Assembly: GCF_001194135.2 (NCBI RefSeq)
Contig: NC_068992.1
Location: 9,433,103 to 9,468,127, forward strand
Source: Octopus bimaculoides
Taxonomy: Eukaryota
Direction of reading: 5' to 3'
Length of the DNA stretch: 35,025 nt
In this document: positions 24,115-35,025 of the stretch, piece after piece
How positions within the stretch are numbered: the stretch's first letter is position 1
Layout of the letters: each line of letters begins with the position of its first letter
Position numbers and translations under genes: made by a program
Notes under the pieces: model-generated
Told to the model about the DNA's origin: nothing
Database searches by the model: none
The model's input: the letters and a program-made list of their open reading frames with translations, nothing else

Positions 24115-24898
24115 GACCGGCCATAAACCAACACGTCGACAGGTTGCTTGTGAGGTATTATATTGATACGGTCATCGATACGTGTAATAAATACATTAGG
24201 TTCAGTTCTGTCAATATTACTCTTTTACCTTTTTCCTTTCAACTTAAAACAATTTGCTCTGTGACAAACTGACTCATACATGAATCATTACCATTTCCTG
24301 TTAATTTGATAATTTTCATCAACAAACTACATAATAGTAATCATATAACATTTACATTAAAAGTAGTTAACATTTTCAGACTAAAAACAATAAATAATCA
24401 ATAATTACATGACAAGATCAAAATATAAGAAATCCATACTGCCTCCCGCCTCTTAATAACCAAACTTTCATCGATATTTTCATGTATGAAATATCTACAT
24501 AAACTACGGCTATAACCATCAATGGTTTAATGTAGTGGAAAATACGAGATATTATGATCATTAGAAGTGGTTTAACTTATTTTATAGACTCTTTCTATCA
24601 ATCGTATAATACATTATGTACTTATAGTAATATCTATTTCAATGTTGTATCACTTTCAAGTTGCATTGCTCCAGTATGATGTCGATATTCAGGGTTGATA
24701 GAAATTTAAATGGCCACTATATGTCAAAATGATTAAAGAAAAAGCAGAAAAAACGAGACATTACATAGAGAGAAACAAACTCGTATATTCTCTTAATCTA
24801 GAATCACTTAAGGATAGACAGACAGACACACAGTGCATAACGCAGGCTAATAGACATATATAATCAAACATTATATTCTTATATATTCTCTTACTGAC

Positions 24899-25290
24899 TT
24901 CAGTCGTTTATCTGCTATCATTCAAGCCTTTCAGTCATTTGTCTGTAGTCATTCAAAGGTTTCAGTCATTTGTCTGCATTTAGTGAAGCCTTTCAGTCAT
25001 TTGTCTACTGTCATTCAAGGGTTTCAGCCATTCGCCTGCATTCATTTAAGTTTTTCAGTCATTCGTCTGTTGTCATTCAAGCCTTTCAGTCATTTGTCTG
25101 CATTCATTCAAGGGTTCCAGCCATTTGTCTACAGTCATTCAAAGGTACAGTCATTTGTTTTCAGTCATTTGTCTACTGTCATTCAAGGGTTTCAGCCATT
25201 TGTCTGCAGTCATTCAAGCCTTTCAGCCATTTGTTTGCGGTCGTTCAAGCCTTTCAGCCATTTGCCTACGGTCATCCAAGGGTTTAGTCG
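24899..25290 (+). repeat. Minisatellite, about 12 copies of a 31-bp unit (ttcaagcctttcagtcatttgtctgcagtca-like)
   Basis: Units readable directly; aagcc and aaggg/aaagg variants partly alternate. Confidence 0.95.
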
Positions 25291-26725
25291 CTCATGTCGA
25301 CACCAGGATTTATTTGAATGTTTTAGCTTATTGCCCTTAATTATCGAATAACTGATTTTTGGTTTGAAATAAAGGGACGCAACTGTAAGCATACTCTTAG
25401 GTACGGGAATCCTCACCCTATACAATTAAAAAGAAAGAGTGTTTCTTTCTGTCAAGTATGTACTTACTATAAAATTCATTTTGACTGAGAATTAAAGGTT
25501 TTGCCTGACGATTTTTGCGTTGAATGATCTGTTAAGCGAAACATAATGTGATATTTAAATGAATTTCATAATAAACTATAACAACAACTGATAGCCAGGT
25601 CGATACAGTGATTCTATATGAATTTTATACTTACGTAGTACTGTGCAATCATCAGCGAGGAAAAGAAGTTGGATTATATTACAGCTGTATTAATATTTTC
25701 GTGTTTAGATTATCTCTCTTCATCCAACGCCTTTGGATGCAGTTCTAATGATTTTGCATAATTTACTGCGCTGTGTAGAAATCTTCTTGGTAATGATATA
25801 TTTTCGATAAATATACGAAGTATAAATATAAAAACTGCAATACTCATCTAGTTTCGTGTATCAACAGCTGGTTTTATACACGTTTAAGTATTTATCGAGA
25901 GTAGAAGCTTGATACAGTCCGTCGAGACTCAAAAGATTTAACGTTATATCAGAGTTATTTATTATTGCTGTTGTGATGTATAAATTAATAGAACTTCACA
26001 AAATTAATTTAATATGTTAAAGATTTCTATTATGTCTTCTTTTGCGTACCATAATTAAGACTATGCAAGCAAAACACTTATGTCTTTCATATACTATCAT
26101 ATTTTAGAACAATATTTTAGATAAATCTTAATATATGTATATATACAACTCTTAATAAATATACTTATGCATAAAAACATAAAAGCTGAATATGATATCA
26201 TCAACATGATAGCTGAATAAATATTTATTTAACCAGGCGACTTCCATAGGGTTACAGCCGTTTCACAATATTCTTCATGTAGCATTAATTTCAATATGCA
26301 AGAAATTATGTTTGCATTAATACGAATGCGCACTAGAACATCATAGTTACATAAACAGTTCAATTATTGATGTAACCATAACGTTTCAGTGATCTGATGG
26401 CTAGCGTTCTTTATTAGCTTTGATTTGTGAATATAGGAATAATTATGGGCATACATGTCAATGCTAGCGCACGTAACAGTTTTTTGCATATTGAAATTAA
26501 TACTATGTGGAGAAAGTTTGAAGTAACTGGTTAAATAAATATATATTCATCTCTCATACCGCCTGACGTTTTGGTTTTATATACTCTTCACAAAATAATT
26601 TGATAGCTCGAATTTTCTGAATTTTCAGCTTTACAGTGGCACTGTACGTTACACAACTTTGTAACTAATTACAATGTGGATTGATAGCTGAGTCTCTAGG
26701 AGGAGCTGACTGTGACAGCTGCATG

Positions 26726-26761
<36 letters not shown>

Positions 26762-26846
26762 NNNNNNNNNNNNNNNNNNNNNNNNNNNNNNNNNNNNNNN
26801 NNNNNNNNNNNNNNNNNNNNNNNNNATATATATATATATATAGGTG

Positions 26847-27035
26847 CAGGCATGGCTATGTGGTAAGAAACTTGCTTTCCAACCACATGGTTCGGAGTTC
26901 AGTCCCACTGCGTGGCACCTTGAGCAAGCCTCGTCCGACCAAAGCCTTCTGAGTGCATTGGATAGAGGGCGCTCCAGCTTAAGGTGGTACTCCAGCATGG
27001 CAGCAGTCTAATAACAAAAATAAGTAAAAGATAGA
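26847..27035 (+). mobile_element. SINE family B head joined to the ccagcatggc..cagtctaat...aagtaaaaga tail
   Basis: ggcatggctatgtggtaagaaacttgctttccaaccacatggttcggagttcagtcccactgcgtggcaccttgagcaag, with an internal deletion. Confidence 0.8.
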
Positions 27036-27040
27036 AGATG

Positions 27041-27071
<31 letters not shown>

Positions 27072-27073
27072 TT

Positions 27074-27108
<35 letters not shown>

Positions 27109-27695
27109 GCATATACATACACACACACACATACACGCATGCTTATATATAAGTATACAACATTATCTTAACCATCAATTTTCATGTCTCTATATGTATG
27201 TATATAGCTACAGACGGATGTAATTGCATTTGTGCGTGCGTGTATGTGTGTGTATGTGAACGTGCGTGTGCGTATGTGTACACACGGGTGTGTGTGTGTT
27301 TATATTTCTATATATGATTATTTGACTCATTAGATTTAGTTTTTGTTGGCAACAAGAAACTGTCAGTTAATAGAGAAACTATTTTATCAGAATTTTAAAT
27401 TTGATCATGGAAAATTTTGCTTTTCTTTTTAATGATTTTATTTAGAATTTTTAAGAAAATAATTGTATTTTTATTTCTTCGATGTTGTGATCATGTTTTT
27501 TTGTTTCTTGGTTTTTTCGTCTTTTTTGCTGTCATTGTTGTTATCGATGTTGTTCTTGTTCCTGCTCTAGAGCAAAATATAAATTCGCAGTTTAATGTCT
27601 GGGTTAAGGGAGAAAATTGTTGCCTAATGACTGGATTCAGACGAAAATAACTGTTTTGCTGTAGCTTCTGAAGTAATATCAAGACGTATGGCTCT

Positions 27696-28020
27696 TCTTT
27701 GGAAACTAAAATTACATATACACAGACACACGCGTAAATACATACATATATACGTACGTGCATACATACCTGCATAAGTACATACATACATACATGCATA
27801 CATACATACGTACATGCATACGTACATACATACGTACATACATACATACGTACATACATACATATTCGCGCACTCTTTGGAACTAAAATTACATATAAAC
27901 AGACACACGCATAAATACATACATATATACGTACGTACATACATACCTGCATAAATATATACATACATACATACGTACATACATACATACATAGTACATA
28001 CATACACACATATGCGCACA
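27696..28020. repeat. Tandem duplication of about 178 bp (unique head plus (CATA)n)
   Basis: tctttggaa(a)ctaaaattacatata.acagacacacgc.taaatacatacatatatacgtacgt at 27696 and 27874. Confidence 0.9.
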
Positions 28021-28544
28021 CTCATACGTGCGCACACACTCACTCATATATATACTCACATAAACACACATATGCACGTTCCTACACGCACACAAACACA
28101 ATCATAAGCACACCCACCCATACACATATGTGTGAAATCGTATATGTACGGATGTATATAAATATAAACAATCTGCCTCAAACACTATACGAATAACTAA
28201 TCTTAATTTTTTTTTTTTCCTTTACACTCTTTAATAACACATCAATCATGTATATCTTCGCAATAAAGTCATAATTATGAACAGTAGTTGTTATAAGATA
28301 ATGTCGTGTCTGAAATTGTTGTTGTTGATGTTATTGCTGCTAAATCTGTTCCATCTGATGTTATTACTCTTGCTACAACAATATTTGTTACTGTTCTTCC
28401 GTTGCGTCAATCAGCTCTGCTCGACTACTCCTATGTCCCTGTTCATATGTCTTGTACGCAATGGCACATATGCTCACTCTTCCGTGAAGCGCAATTTCTT
28501 GAGCTGCTTTTGTCTGCACCACGGAATTTTAATCTGACACCAAG

Positions 28545-28680
28545 CGGAAATTTGGCAGAATCGTCAGAGCATAAGAATAAATTTTCTTGCGGTCATTTGT
28601 TTTAGTTAACTGCGTATTGAGTTCAAAACCTACCGAGGTCAACTTTGCCTGTCATTCTTTAGAAGCTGTTAATATATTCG
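28545..28680 (+). mobile_element. SINE family A, diverged; the only + strand copy seen
   Basis: tggcagaatcgtcag...gagttcaaaacctaccgaggtcaactttgcctgtcattc. Confidence 0.7.
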
Positions 28681-29917
28681 TCCCGTTTTGTATTTTATAA
28701 AAGCCTACAGTGATGAATGATTGGCGTGAAAAGTCATATTCGCGCGCATGCAAGGGTGAAAGAAAATCAGATCAGCCAAGCTGAATGTGAGACAGTTTAC
28801 ACCTGACAAGATGAGGCAGTCATTAGATGTATATGATTAGGAACGGATGTGCGAAGGGCACGACAAGTTTCCTTTTCAGGTACTGACTCTAATTGGTAAT
28901 CACATTAAACTCCCAGTTTCGTGACCCCTAAGCTCTGAAAAGGACAATAACATAATATAAAGAGCAAATGAATAATGAGACAAAAAACATGGATGTGATC
29001 TTGGTATTATTTTATCACACCTGTTTCATAAGTTAAAATAATTGTTGCAGACGTTACGATAATTTAATGATGTCACGCTATAAATGCAACTTACAGATGC
29101 AACTTATAAGTGCATCATATATAACCAAAGCCAGACGCTTCCTCGGACATGAATGCATAATAATGTTACCTTTTCGTTACTATGCTAGTATTTCCTATTA
29201 AAACGTTTATTATTATTAAATGTAACATCAACATAACTATTTTGAAGGACGTAACACAGAACCGTAAATTTGGGTTAGTAATTCGTTAACTTGCAGTTCT
29301 GAAATGAAATCATCCGGGTTTATTTCTCCCGTCTGCTTCACACTGGATAAACAGCAGATGTTGGCCCCCACAATTCGTTGTCTTACATATTGCAGTGGTA
29401 TTATAGCTCTTAATTTTGACTGGCTGTAGCAACAGTAATGTGGTTGCAACAATCGGTCTTGTAGTATAAGTTGTTGTTAACGACATTTTTGTAGAAACGT
29501 CAGCTTTATGAAATACTGTTATTGCATGAGGATAGTTATGAGACGTGTTCAGTTAGGATAGGCAAGAAGAATCTACTACGTCTTGCCATTGTATATTGCA
29601 AGCAAGCAATGGCTTCGAAAGCAGTGATTTTGTAAACTGTAGCTTTGTAAGCAATAGCTCTCTCATTTTTTTTCCAAATTGTTAACGATTATACGTTGTT
29701 ACTCATGGCTCTATAAAACTATGTTACAGACAGTGAAGATGCTTCTCAAAGTGCGGCAAACAATAGCTTGTGTTGTTCAGATGCCTGGAAAATCTTGACT
29801 GCAGTGACAGAACTCTACATTCACTTCTATGCTATTATGTACCATATTCAATATATATATATATATATTCTGTTAAGAACGTATTAGAGTTCAGTATAAT
29901 TGTTTACAATAATATAT

Positions 29918-30077
29918 ATATATAATTGTTAAAGAGGACAACAAACATAAAGGCAAGGCAACCATCTCAAGTCGTATACAATATTATTATTGGAATTTTT
30001 TCCAATAATAATATTGTATACGACTTGAGATGTTTGCCTTGCTTTAATTTTTGCTGTCCTCTTTAACAATTATATAT
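29918..30077. repeat. 160-bp fold-back palindrome (78-bp arms, 4-nt loop)
   Basis: Arms 29918-29995 and 30000-30077 match at 73/78; the inner 33 bp are perfect. Confidence 0.95.
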
Positions 30078-30208
30078 CTGCTGCATTGGAAATCTGCAAT
30101 GGTTCCATAACTACCGTCTCGGTTATAATCTAGTAATCCGTTACAGCACTTACCTAGCGTACTTAATCGTTTAGATCACTTGTGAACTAAACCCCCATAA
30201 TTTGTGTG

Positions 30209-30264
30209 TGCAAGGCCAACTCTCATCAGCGGAGGCTATTCCGCTGATGATAGTTGGCCTTGCA
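30209..30264. repeat. 56-nt inverted repeat (25-bp stem, 1 mismatch, 6-nt loop) overlapping a hammerhead core
   Basis: tgcaaggccaact-c-tcatcagcgga / ggctat / tccgctgatga-t-agttggccttgca. Confidence 0.95.
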
Positions 30265-30308
30265 AAATAGTTTGTTTTGCGAAAATAACTTGAAACCTGG
30301 TTCGGAAT
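30238..30308 (+). ncRNA. Type I hammerhead ribozyme with extended stem II and a 10.1-11.1 U.U mismatch
   Basis: AUUCCG-CUGAUGA-UAGUUG-GCC-UUGCAAAA(UAGUUUG)UUUUGCGA-AAA-UAACUU-GAAAC-CUG-GUU-CGGAAU: 6-bp stem I, perfect core nucleotides. Predicted cut 3' of 30302. Confidence 0.75.
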
Positions 30309-30372
30309 GTAGATGTTAAATGTTTATATATATATATATATATACGTATATATATATATATTNNNNNNNNNN

Positions 30373-30431
<59 letters not shown>

Positions 30432-30561
30432 CACATATATATGTCTATCTGTCTGTCTGTCTATATGTATGCATGCATGTATGTAGGCATGTGCAGATTG
30501 AATAAAGCGTTTGTGGAGTTATTTTCAGTTTAATATGAATTACAAATTAGAAATAAAGTTA

Positions 30562-30630
30562 TTTCAAATAATAACTATCCAATATCACGTTTTCAAATAA
30601 TAACTATCCAATATCACGTTTTCAAATAAT
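30562..30630. repeat. Perfect 29-bp tandem repeat, 2.4 copies
   Basis: tttcaaataataactatccaatatcacgt twice plus tttcaaataat. Confidence 0.95.
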
Positions 30631-30721
30631 TTCAACGAAATCTATAACGATTTTGTCTGTCATGGCTGGCCATGGCTTAAACAACAACAACAACAACAAG
30701 GTCTCCTCAAATACATGTGAG

Positions 30722-30761
<40 letters not shown>

Positions 30762-31214
30762 TTATTCTTTCCATTCTCCCAATGCTTCTCTTAGTCTTTC
30801 TCCACTTTTCTCGTCTTCTTCCTGTGAGGGAATGGATTAGTCCGAAAACACTTAGTGCTCTGTTTTATAGCAATTACTAAGAAGCTTTCACCGATTCAGC
30901 TTTCACTAATTAACAACAATAACCAATCAATTGTAATCAATTAACAGCAGTACAGTAACCAATCAATGATATAACTATCCCTAAATACACAGACATGACT
31001 GACGTTGTCGTATCAAACGGGATAAAAGTGATAAAGTATATCTAAAGGTGTACACACAGACACACACACACACACACACACACACGACAAACTAACAAAT
31101 ACAAAAGTGATGTTATGGTGAAACATGTTAATGGAATGTTCCAGTATTTCCTTTGGTGGCTATCAGCAGCTCGGTTTTATCGAATAATGAGATCGACAGG
31201 GATATTAAACGTTG

Positions 31215-31226
31215 GAAGCACTGTTG

Positions 31227-31258
<32 letters not shown>

Positions 31259-31510
31259 GGTAGAGTTGATGGTGTTTATGACGATTAAGGCGATGGTGAC
31301 GATAGAGGTAACAGCGGTGGTGGTGGCGGCAGTGGTGTTAGGAGAGTTAATGTTGTTGACAGTGATAGTAATGATGGTGATGCTAATAGATTCGTGTTGG
31401 TGGTGATGATGATGATGATGATGGCTGTGCTACTGCTGGTGATGACGATGGTGATGGTGGAAGAGGTGGTGATGATGACGTTGGTGATGAAGATGAGCAA
31501 CGGCGATGAC
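31215..31510. repeat. Degenerate (GTT/GGT/GAT)n tract
   Basis: Direct inspection. Confidence 0.9.
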
Positions 31511-31609
31511 AGCGGTCTGGCGTTCAAAAAGTTCCGCCTATCCACCATTTTGAATTGATTTTTTTTTATTTTCCATCAAACCCAAATGAATGAAAGCTAA
31601 CAATGGCCG

Positions 31610-31890
31610 CTGATAAATTTGATCTCAGAGAGTACAGAGCCGAAGCAAAAATTGTGAGGTATTCTACTCGATGGTCTAACGACTTTGCCAATTGGCCGCC
31701 TGAAGAAACTGTTGTAGAATAGTCAATAAGATATGTTTTAATATTTACTTGTTTCAGTCAGTGGAATGTGGCCGTGCTGGAGCACCACCTTGACGGATTT
31801 TAGTCGAAACAAATTGAACGCAGCACTTATTTCATTAGCGTGGTACTTACTCGATACTTCTTTTGAGTCAAGCAGAGAGGAGCATGGCAA
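31610..31890 (-). mobile_element. Diverged SINE family A remnant (about 31610-31700) and tail-family SINE (about 31742-31890)
   Basis: ctaacgactttgccaattggccgcc head; ttacttgtttcagtca...ggccgtgctggagcaccacc tail. Confidence 0.6.
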
Positions 31891-31897
31891 ACGCACG

Positions 31898-31940
<43 letters not shown>

Positions 31941-32471
31941 AATGATGCAGTGGCCAGAACTATCTGAACAGGGTAATAACAGGAAAAAAAACAAAGAAAG
32001 AAAGAAAAAAATGCCAACTTATGAGGCTAAATATGTTGAGACTGATCGGTCAAAAATTAAAACAACCACCTGAGGAAAACGCAACCAGTCATATATTGTT
32101 GTGTTGGACCACAAGGATACGCTCTGTTGTGGAAATCTGCTGCCCTGTGGACATCAATGTGGTTAGAAAAATATAGAAGTAGGATATCTATGGACCACTG
32201 AGTTTGCAAATCCAGTACCCATTATACACTTTCGGCTTCGTACCTATTGTTATTAGAGCAATAGGATACATAATAATCCGTCTGAAACAAAATATAGGTG
32301 TACCTGAATTTTTGGGAAGAGAATGCAATTTATTAATCCATAAACTATAAATGTTCACGATGCTTGAAACCATAAAAATCTGCTACTCCAGATGCTTTCC
32401 TTCATAACCTTGCTACCAAGCAGGTGCCCCGTCAAAATTAACTCTAGATTTAAAAAAAAAACAGAGAGAAA

Positions 32472-32514
<43 letters not shown>

Positions 32515-32516
<2 letters not shown>

Positions 32517-32725
32517 GGACGAGATTCGTTCAGTTGCCGTCTACCACATCCTCTCGCAGGGTATTGGTCGAACAGAGATACAGTACAGGAGAAGACATGT
32601 GCTGCACAGTAGGACTGAACCCAAAGTATTAGTCGAACAGAGATACAGTACAGGAGAAGACATGTGCTGCACAGTAGGACTGAACCCAAGACCACATGGT
32701 CAAGAAGCAAGCTTCTAAACCAAAC
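32515..32725 (-). mobile_element. SINE family B with an internal 65-bp tandem duplication (32561-32625 / 32626-32690), next to (TATC)n
   Basis: aggactgaaccc...accacatgg...agcaagcttct head; the duplicated units differ at 2 positions. Confidence 0.8.
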
Positions 32726-33430
32726 AGTGATGCATGATAACGAAGTAAAAGGTTGTATGAGTTACGTTAATTTATTGTATGGAATATCAAATTACTGTTG
32801 ACGTATATTTATTGTAAAATATCAAATATCCAATAATAAATGAAATATAAATGATTTACGGATATAACCCGGCCTTAATATATTATGATCTTGTCTGCAT
32901 CTAAATCAAGAACCTACTAGGTCAGACTGGATGTAGAAAAGCTTACCTACATATACATGTATGAATGTCCGAATGTATGTATGTATGTATGTATGCATGT
33001 ATGTGTGTAATGTATGTATGCAATATATAATATATTTTATATTATGTATGCATGTATAATGATCCCACTTAGCTATAGCGATACTAATAACCAGTTCTTA
33101 GAACTTAATACACTTAATTTTAATATCTCTAACTCTCTCCCTATATCTGGACGTGTGTGTGTGTTTGTGTGTGCATACATAAATGTGCTTGCATGTGCGT
33201 GAGTGTGTGTATATGTGTGTGAGAAGGTGGGTGTGATTTTATCCTCATAGAAACGTCTAGATGAAACCAAATCTATATATTAAGCTCTTTTTGTAATAAA
33301 AGAACATTTCATTCAAATAGCTCTGATGAAGCTATGTAAGTTATTGCGCTGTCACATCGCCTTGGTCACACGTTACTTAAAGCAGAAGCAGTTACAAGCT
33401 AGTGAAAGTGATTACCTACTCTTTTGTCTC

Positions 33431-33464
<34 letters not shown>

Positions 33465-33633
33465 GCATGCATGTATGTATGTATGTATGTATGTGTGTGT
33501 GTGTGCATATATAGGTATATAAAAATGTATGTGCAAACAGCTATATATATGTACATCTATCTATCTATCTATCTGCAGAGAGAGAGAAAGGGAGAGAGAG
33601 AGGGGTGGGAAGGGATGCATGTTAAGCTATAGC

Positions 33634-33702
33634 CACAGGCGTGACTGTTTGTTAAGAAGTTTGCTTCCCAACCGCATGGTTCCGAGTTCTGTCTCTGCAC
33701 AC
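33634..33702 (+). mobile_element. SINE family B head only
   Basis: caggcgtgactgtttgttaagaagtttgcttcccaaccgcatggttccgagttc. Confidence 0.7.
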
Positions 33703-33909
33703 CTTCGTCCTTCTTTTTTGTATTCTACCTACAATGACTACCATTACCGAATACTAACAATTCGGTCTCGCCGTATAACTGTTCCAAGAGAATTCCAGCT
33801 TATACCATAACAGCTATCACATTTCTCAACTGATTTTTATCGATCTCTTGAGATCTAAATCCCTGTACAAGTCTACCCTGATGTTGAGTCAGTGCTTAAA
33901 TTGTTGCTG

Positions 33910-34294
33910 TTGTTGGCACTCCGTCGCTTACGACGTCGAGGGTTCCAGTTGATTCGATCAACGGAACAGCTTGCTCGTGAATTTAACGTGCAAGTGGCTG
34001 AGCACTCCACAGACACGTGTGCCCTTAACGTAGTTCTCGGGGATATTCAGCGTGACACAGAGTATGACAAGGCTGACCCTTTGAATTACAGGAACAACAG
34101 AAACAGGAAGAAAGAGTGAGAGAAAGTTGTGATGGAAGAGTACAGCAGGGTTCGCCACCATCCCCTGCCGGAGCCTCGCGGAACTTTAGATGTTTTCGCT
34201 CAATAAACACTCACAACGCCCGGTCTGGGAATCGAAACCGCGATCCTATGACCGCGAGTCCACTGCCCTAACCACTGGGCCATTGCACCTCCAC
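33910..34294 (-). mobile_element. Apparently full-length tRNA-derived SINE (family C)
   Basis: Minus strand A box TGGCCCAGTGG (34272-34282) and B box GGTTTCGATTCC (34228-34239); GC-rich body ending in a (CAA)n tail. Confidence 0.85.
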
Positions 34295-34604
34295 TATGAG
34301 AGGAGTTATACAAATGACAAATTAGTTTAATTTAATATTGTCTTAGAATAATAAATATACATCTTTTTATTTTTGGCGTTTGCAAATTCGATGTCATTTC
34401 ATGATTTTGCTTAAGCACAAAGTTAAACATTGGGTAAAAGGTTATTGTATGAATGGCATAATTTCTGATATTATCCATAGTTGCAAAAATCTGTTTCCAA
34501 ACTTACCTGTTAGAGGGCGGATAACACTCTAGTGTACATATCTGTCTATATGATATATCGCACACATAAATAAAGGATAACGTCTCGAGTCATGTCGACT
34601 GATA

Positions 34605-34832
34605 AGGGCCGGTTTCCTAGTTTTCGGGTTTCCATGCCGTATGAATTCCTCACCTAAACGGGACGCCGGCCCATTGCAGGATCACTCACTTTTGCCAGCT
34701 CTGTAGTCCGGAGCAACCGTGATACGAAGAGCTGTGCTCAAGCGCACAATGCGTCACCCGGTCCAGGAATCGAAACCACAATCTTACGATCATGAATCGA
34801 GCATCCTGACCACTAAGCCACGTACCTCCACT
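34605..34832 (-). mobile_element. tRNA-derived SINE (family D; head related to family C, different body)
   Basis: A box TGGCTTAGTGG (34810-34820), B box GGTTTCGATTCC (34766-34777). Confidence 0.8.
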
Positions 34833-35025
34833 ACACACATAAGTACATATACATACGTACATACATACATACATACATACATACATGCATGCATATATAC
34901 ATAGATACACACATATACATACACACACACACACACACATATATATATATGCATATATACATATGCATATATATATATAGGCATATATACATATATATAT
35001 GTATATATATATATATATATATATA

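Noticed and set aside
24899-25290. CRISPR-like reading of the 31-bp array
   Set aside because: The units are contiguous with no unique spacers, in eukaryotic DNA with no cas genes.
25636-25685. Minus-strand peptide IIQLLFLADDCTVL resembling an RT LLFADD motif
   Set aside because: Flanked by stops with no other RT motifs nearby.
29550-29850. Short open frames with splice-like sites (DRQEEST...; DSEDASQ...)
   Set aside because: The joins give early stops and no recognisable product.
30209-30264. Pre-miRNA interpretation of the 56-nt hairpin
   Set aside because: No extended lower stem, and the 3' arm is better explained as the HHR core; small-RNA data would be needed.
32225-32295. CCTATTG/CAATAGG hairpin with nearby TTTCGG
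   Set aside because: The core reads CAGACGG and the base of stem II does not pair.
33316-33335. TAGCT-CTGATGA-AGCTA hairpin
   Set aside because: The flanks pair with each other, and there is no downstream GAAA or three-way junction.

Overview
AT-rich, repeat-dense animal genomic DNA. The SINE families and the heavy (CA)n/(TA)n/(AAT)n/(GAT)n load point to an Octopus (coleoid cephalopod) draft assembly; this is an inference from repeat recognition, not a database result. There are eight N-gaps, all bordered by microsatellites. Nearly all ORFs in the supplied track are microsatellite or N-run artefacts. Supported content: (i) about 25 tRNA-derived SINE copies of several families; (ii) decayed non-LTR retrotransposon pieces (two L1/Tx1-type RT fragments, two R4/Dong-type RLE pieces, two Penelope-like GIY-YIG endonuclease fragments); (iii) a 31-bp minisatellite, small tandem duplications and two fold-back palindromes; (iv) a tentative, unidentified + strand multi-exon gene with candidate exons at about 8.9-9.3, 19.6-19.7 and 21.8-22.3 kb. 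The most notable signal is four type I hammerhead ribozyme (HHR) motifs in short Penelope-terminus-like elements near (TA)n tracts or gaps. One (23502-23563, - strand) has a complete consensus core. Another (30238-30308, + strand) sits directly behind a 25-nt antisense arm that could lock it in an inactive hairpin. Structures were folded by eye; no activity or homology search was run.
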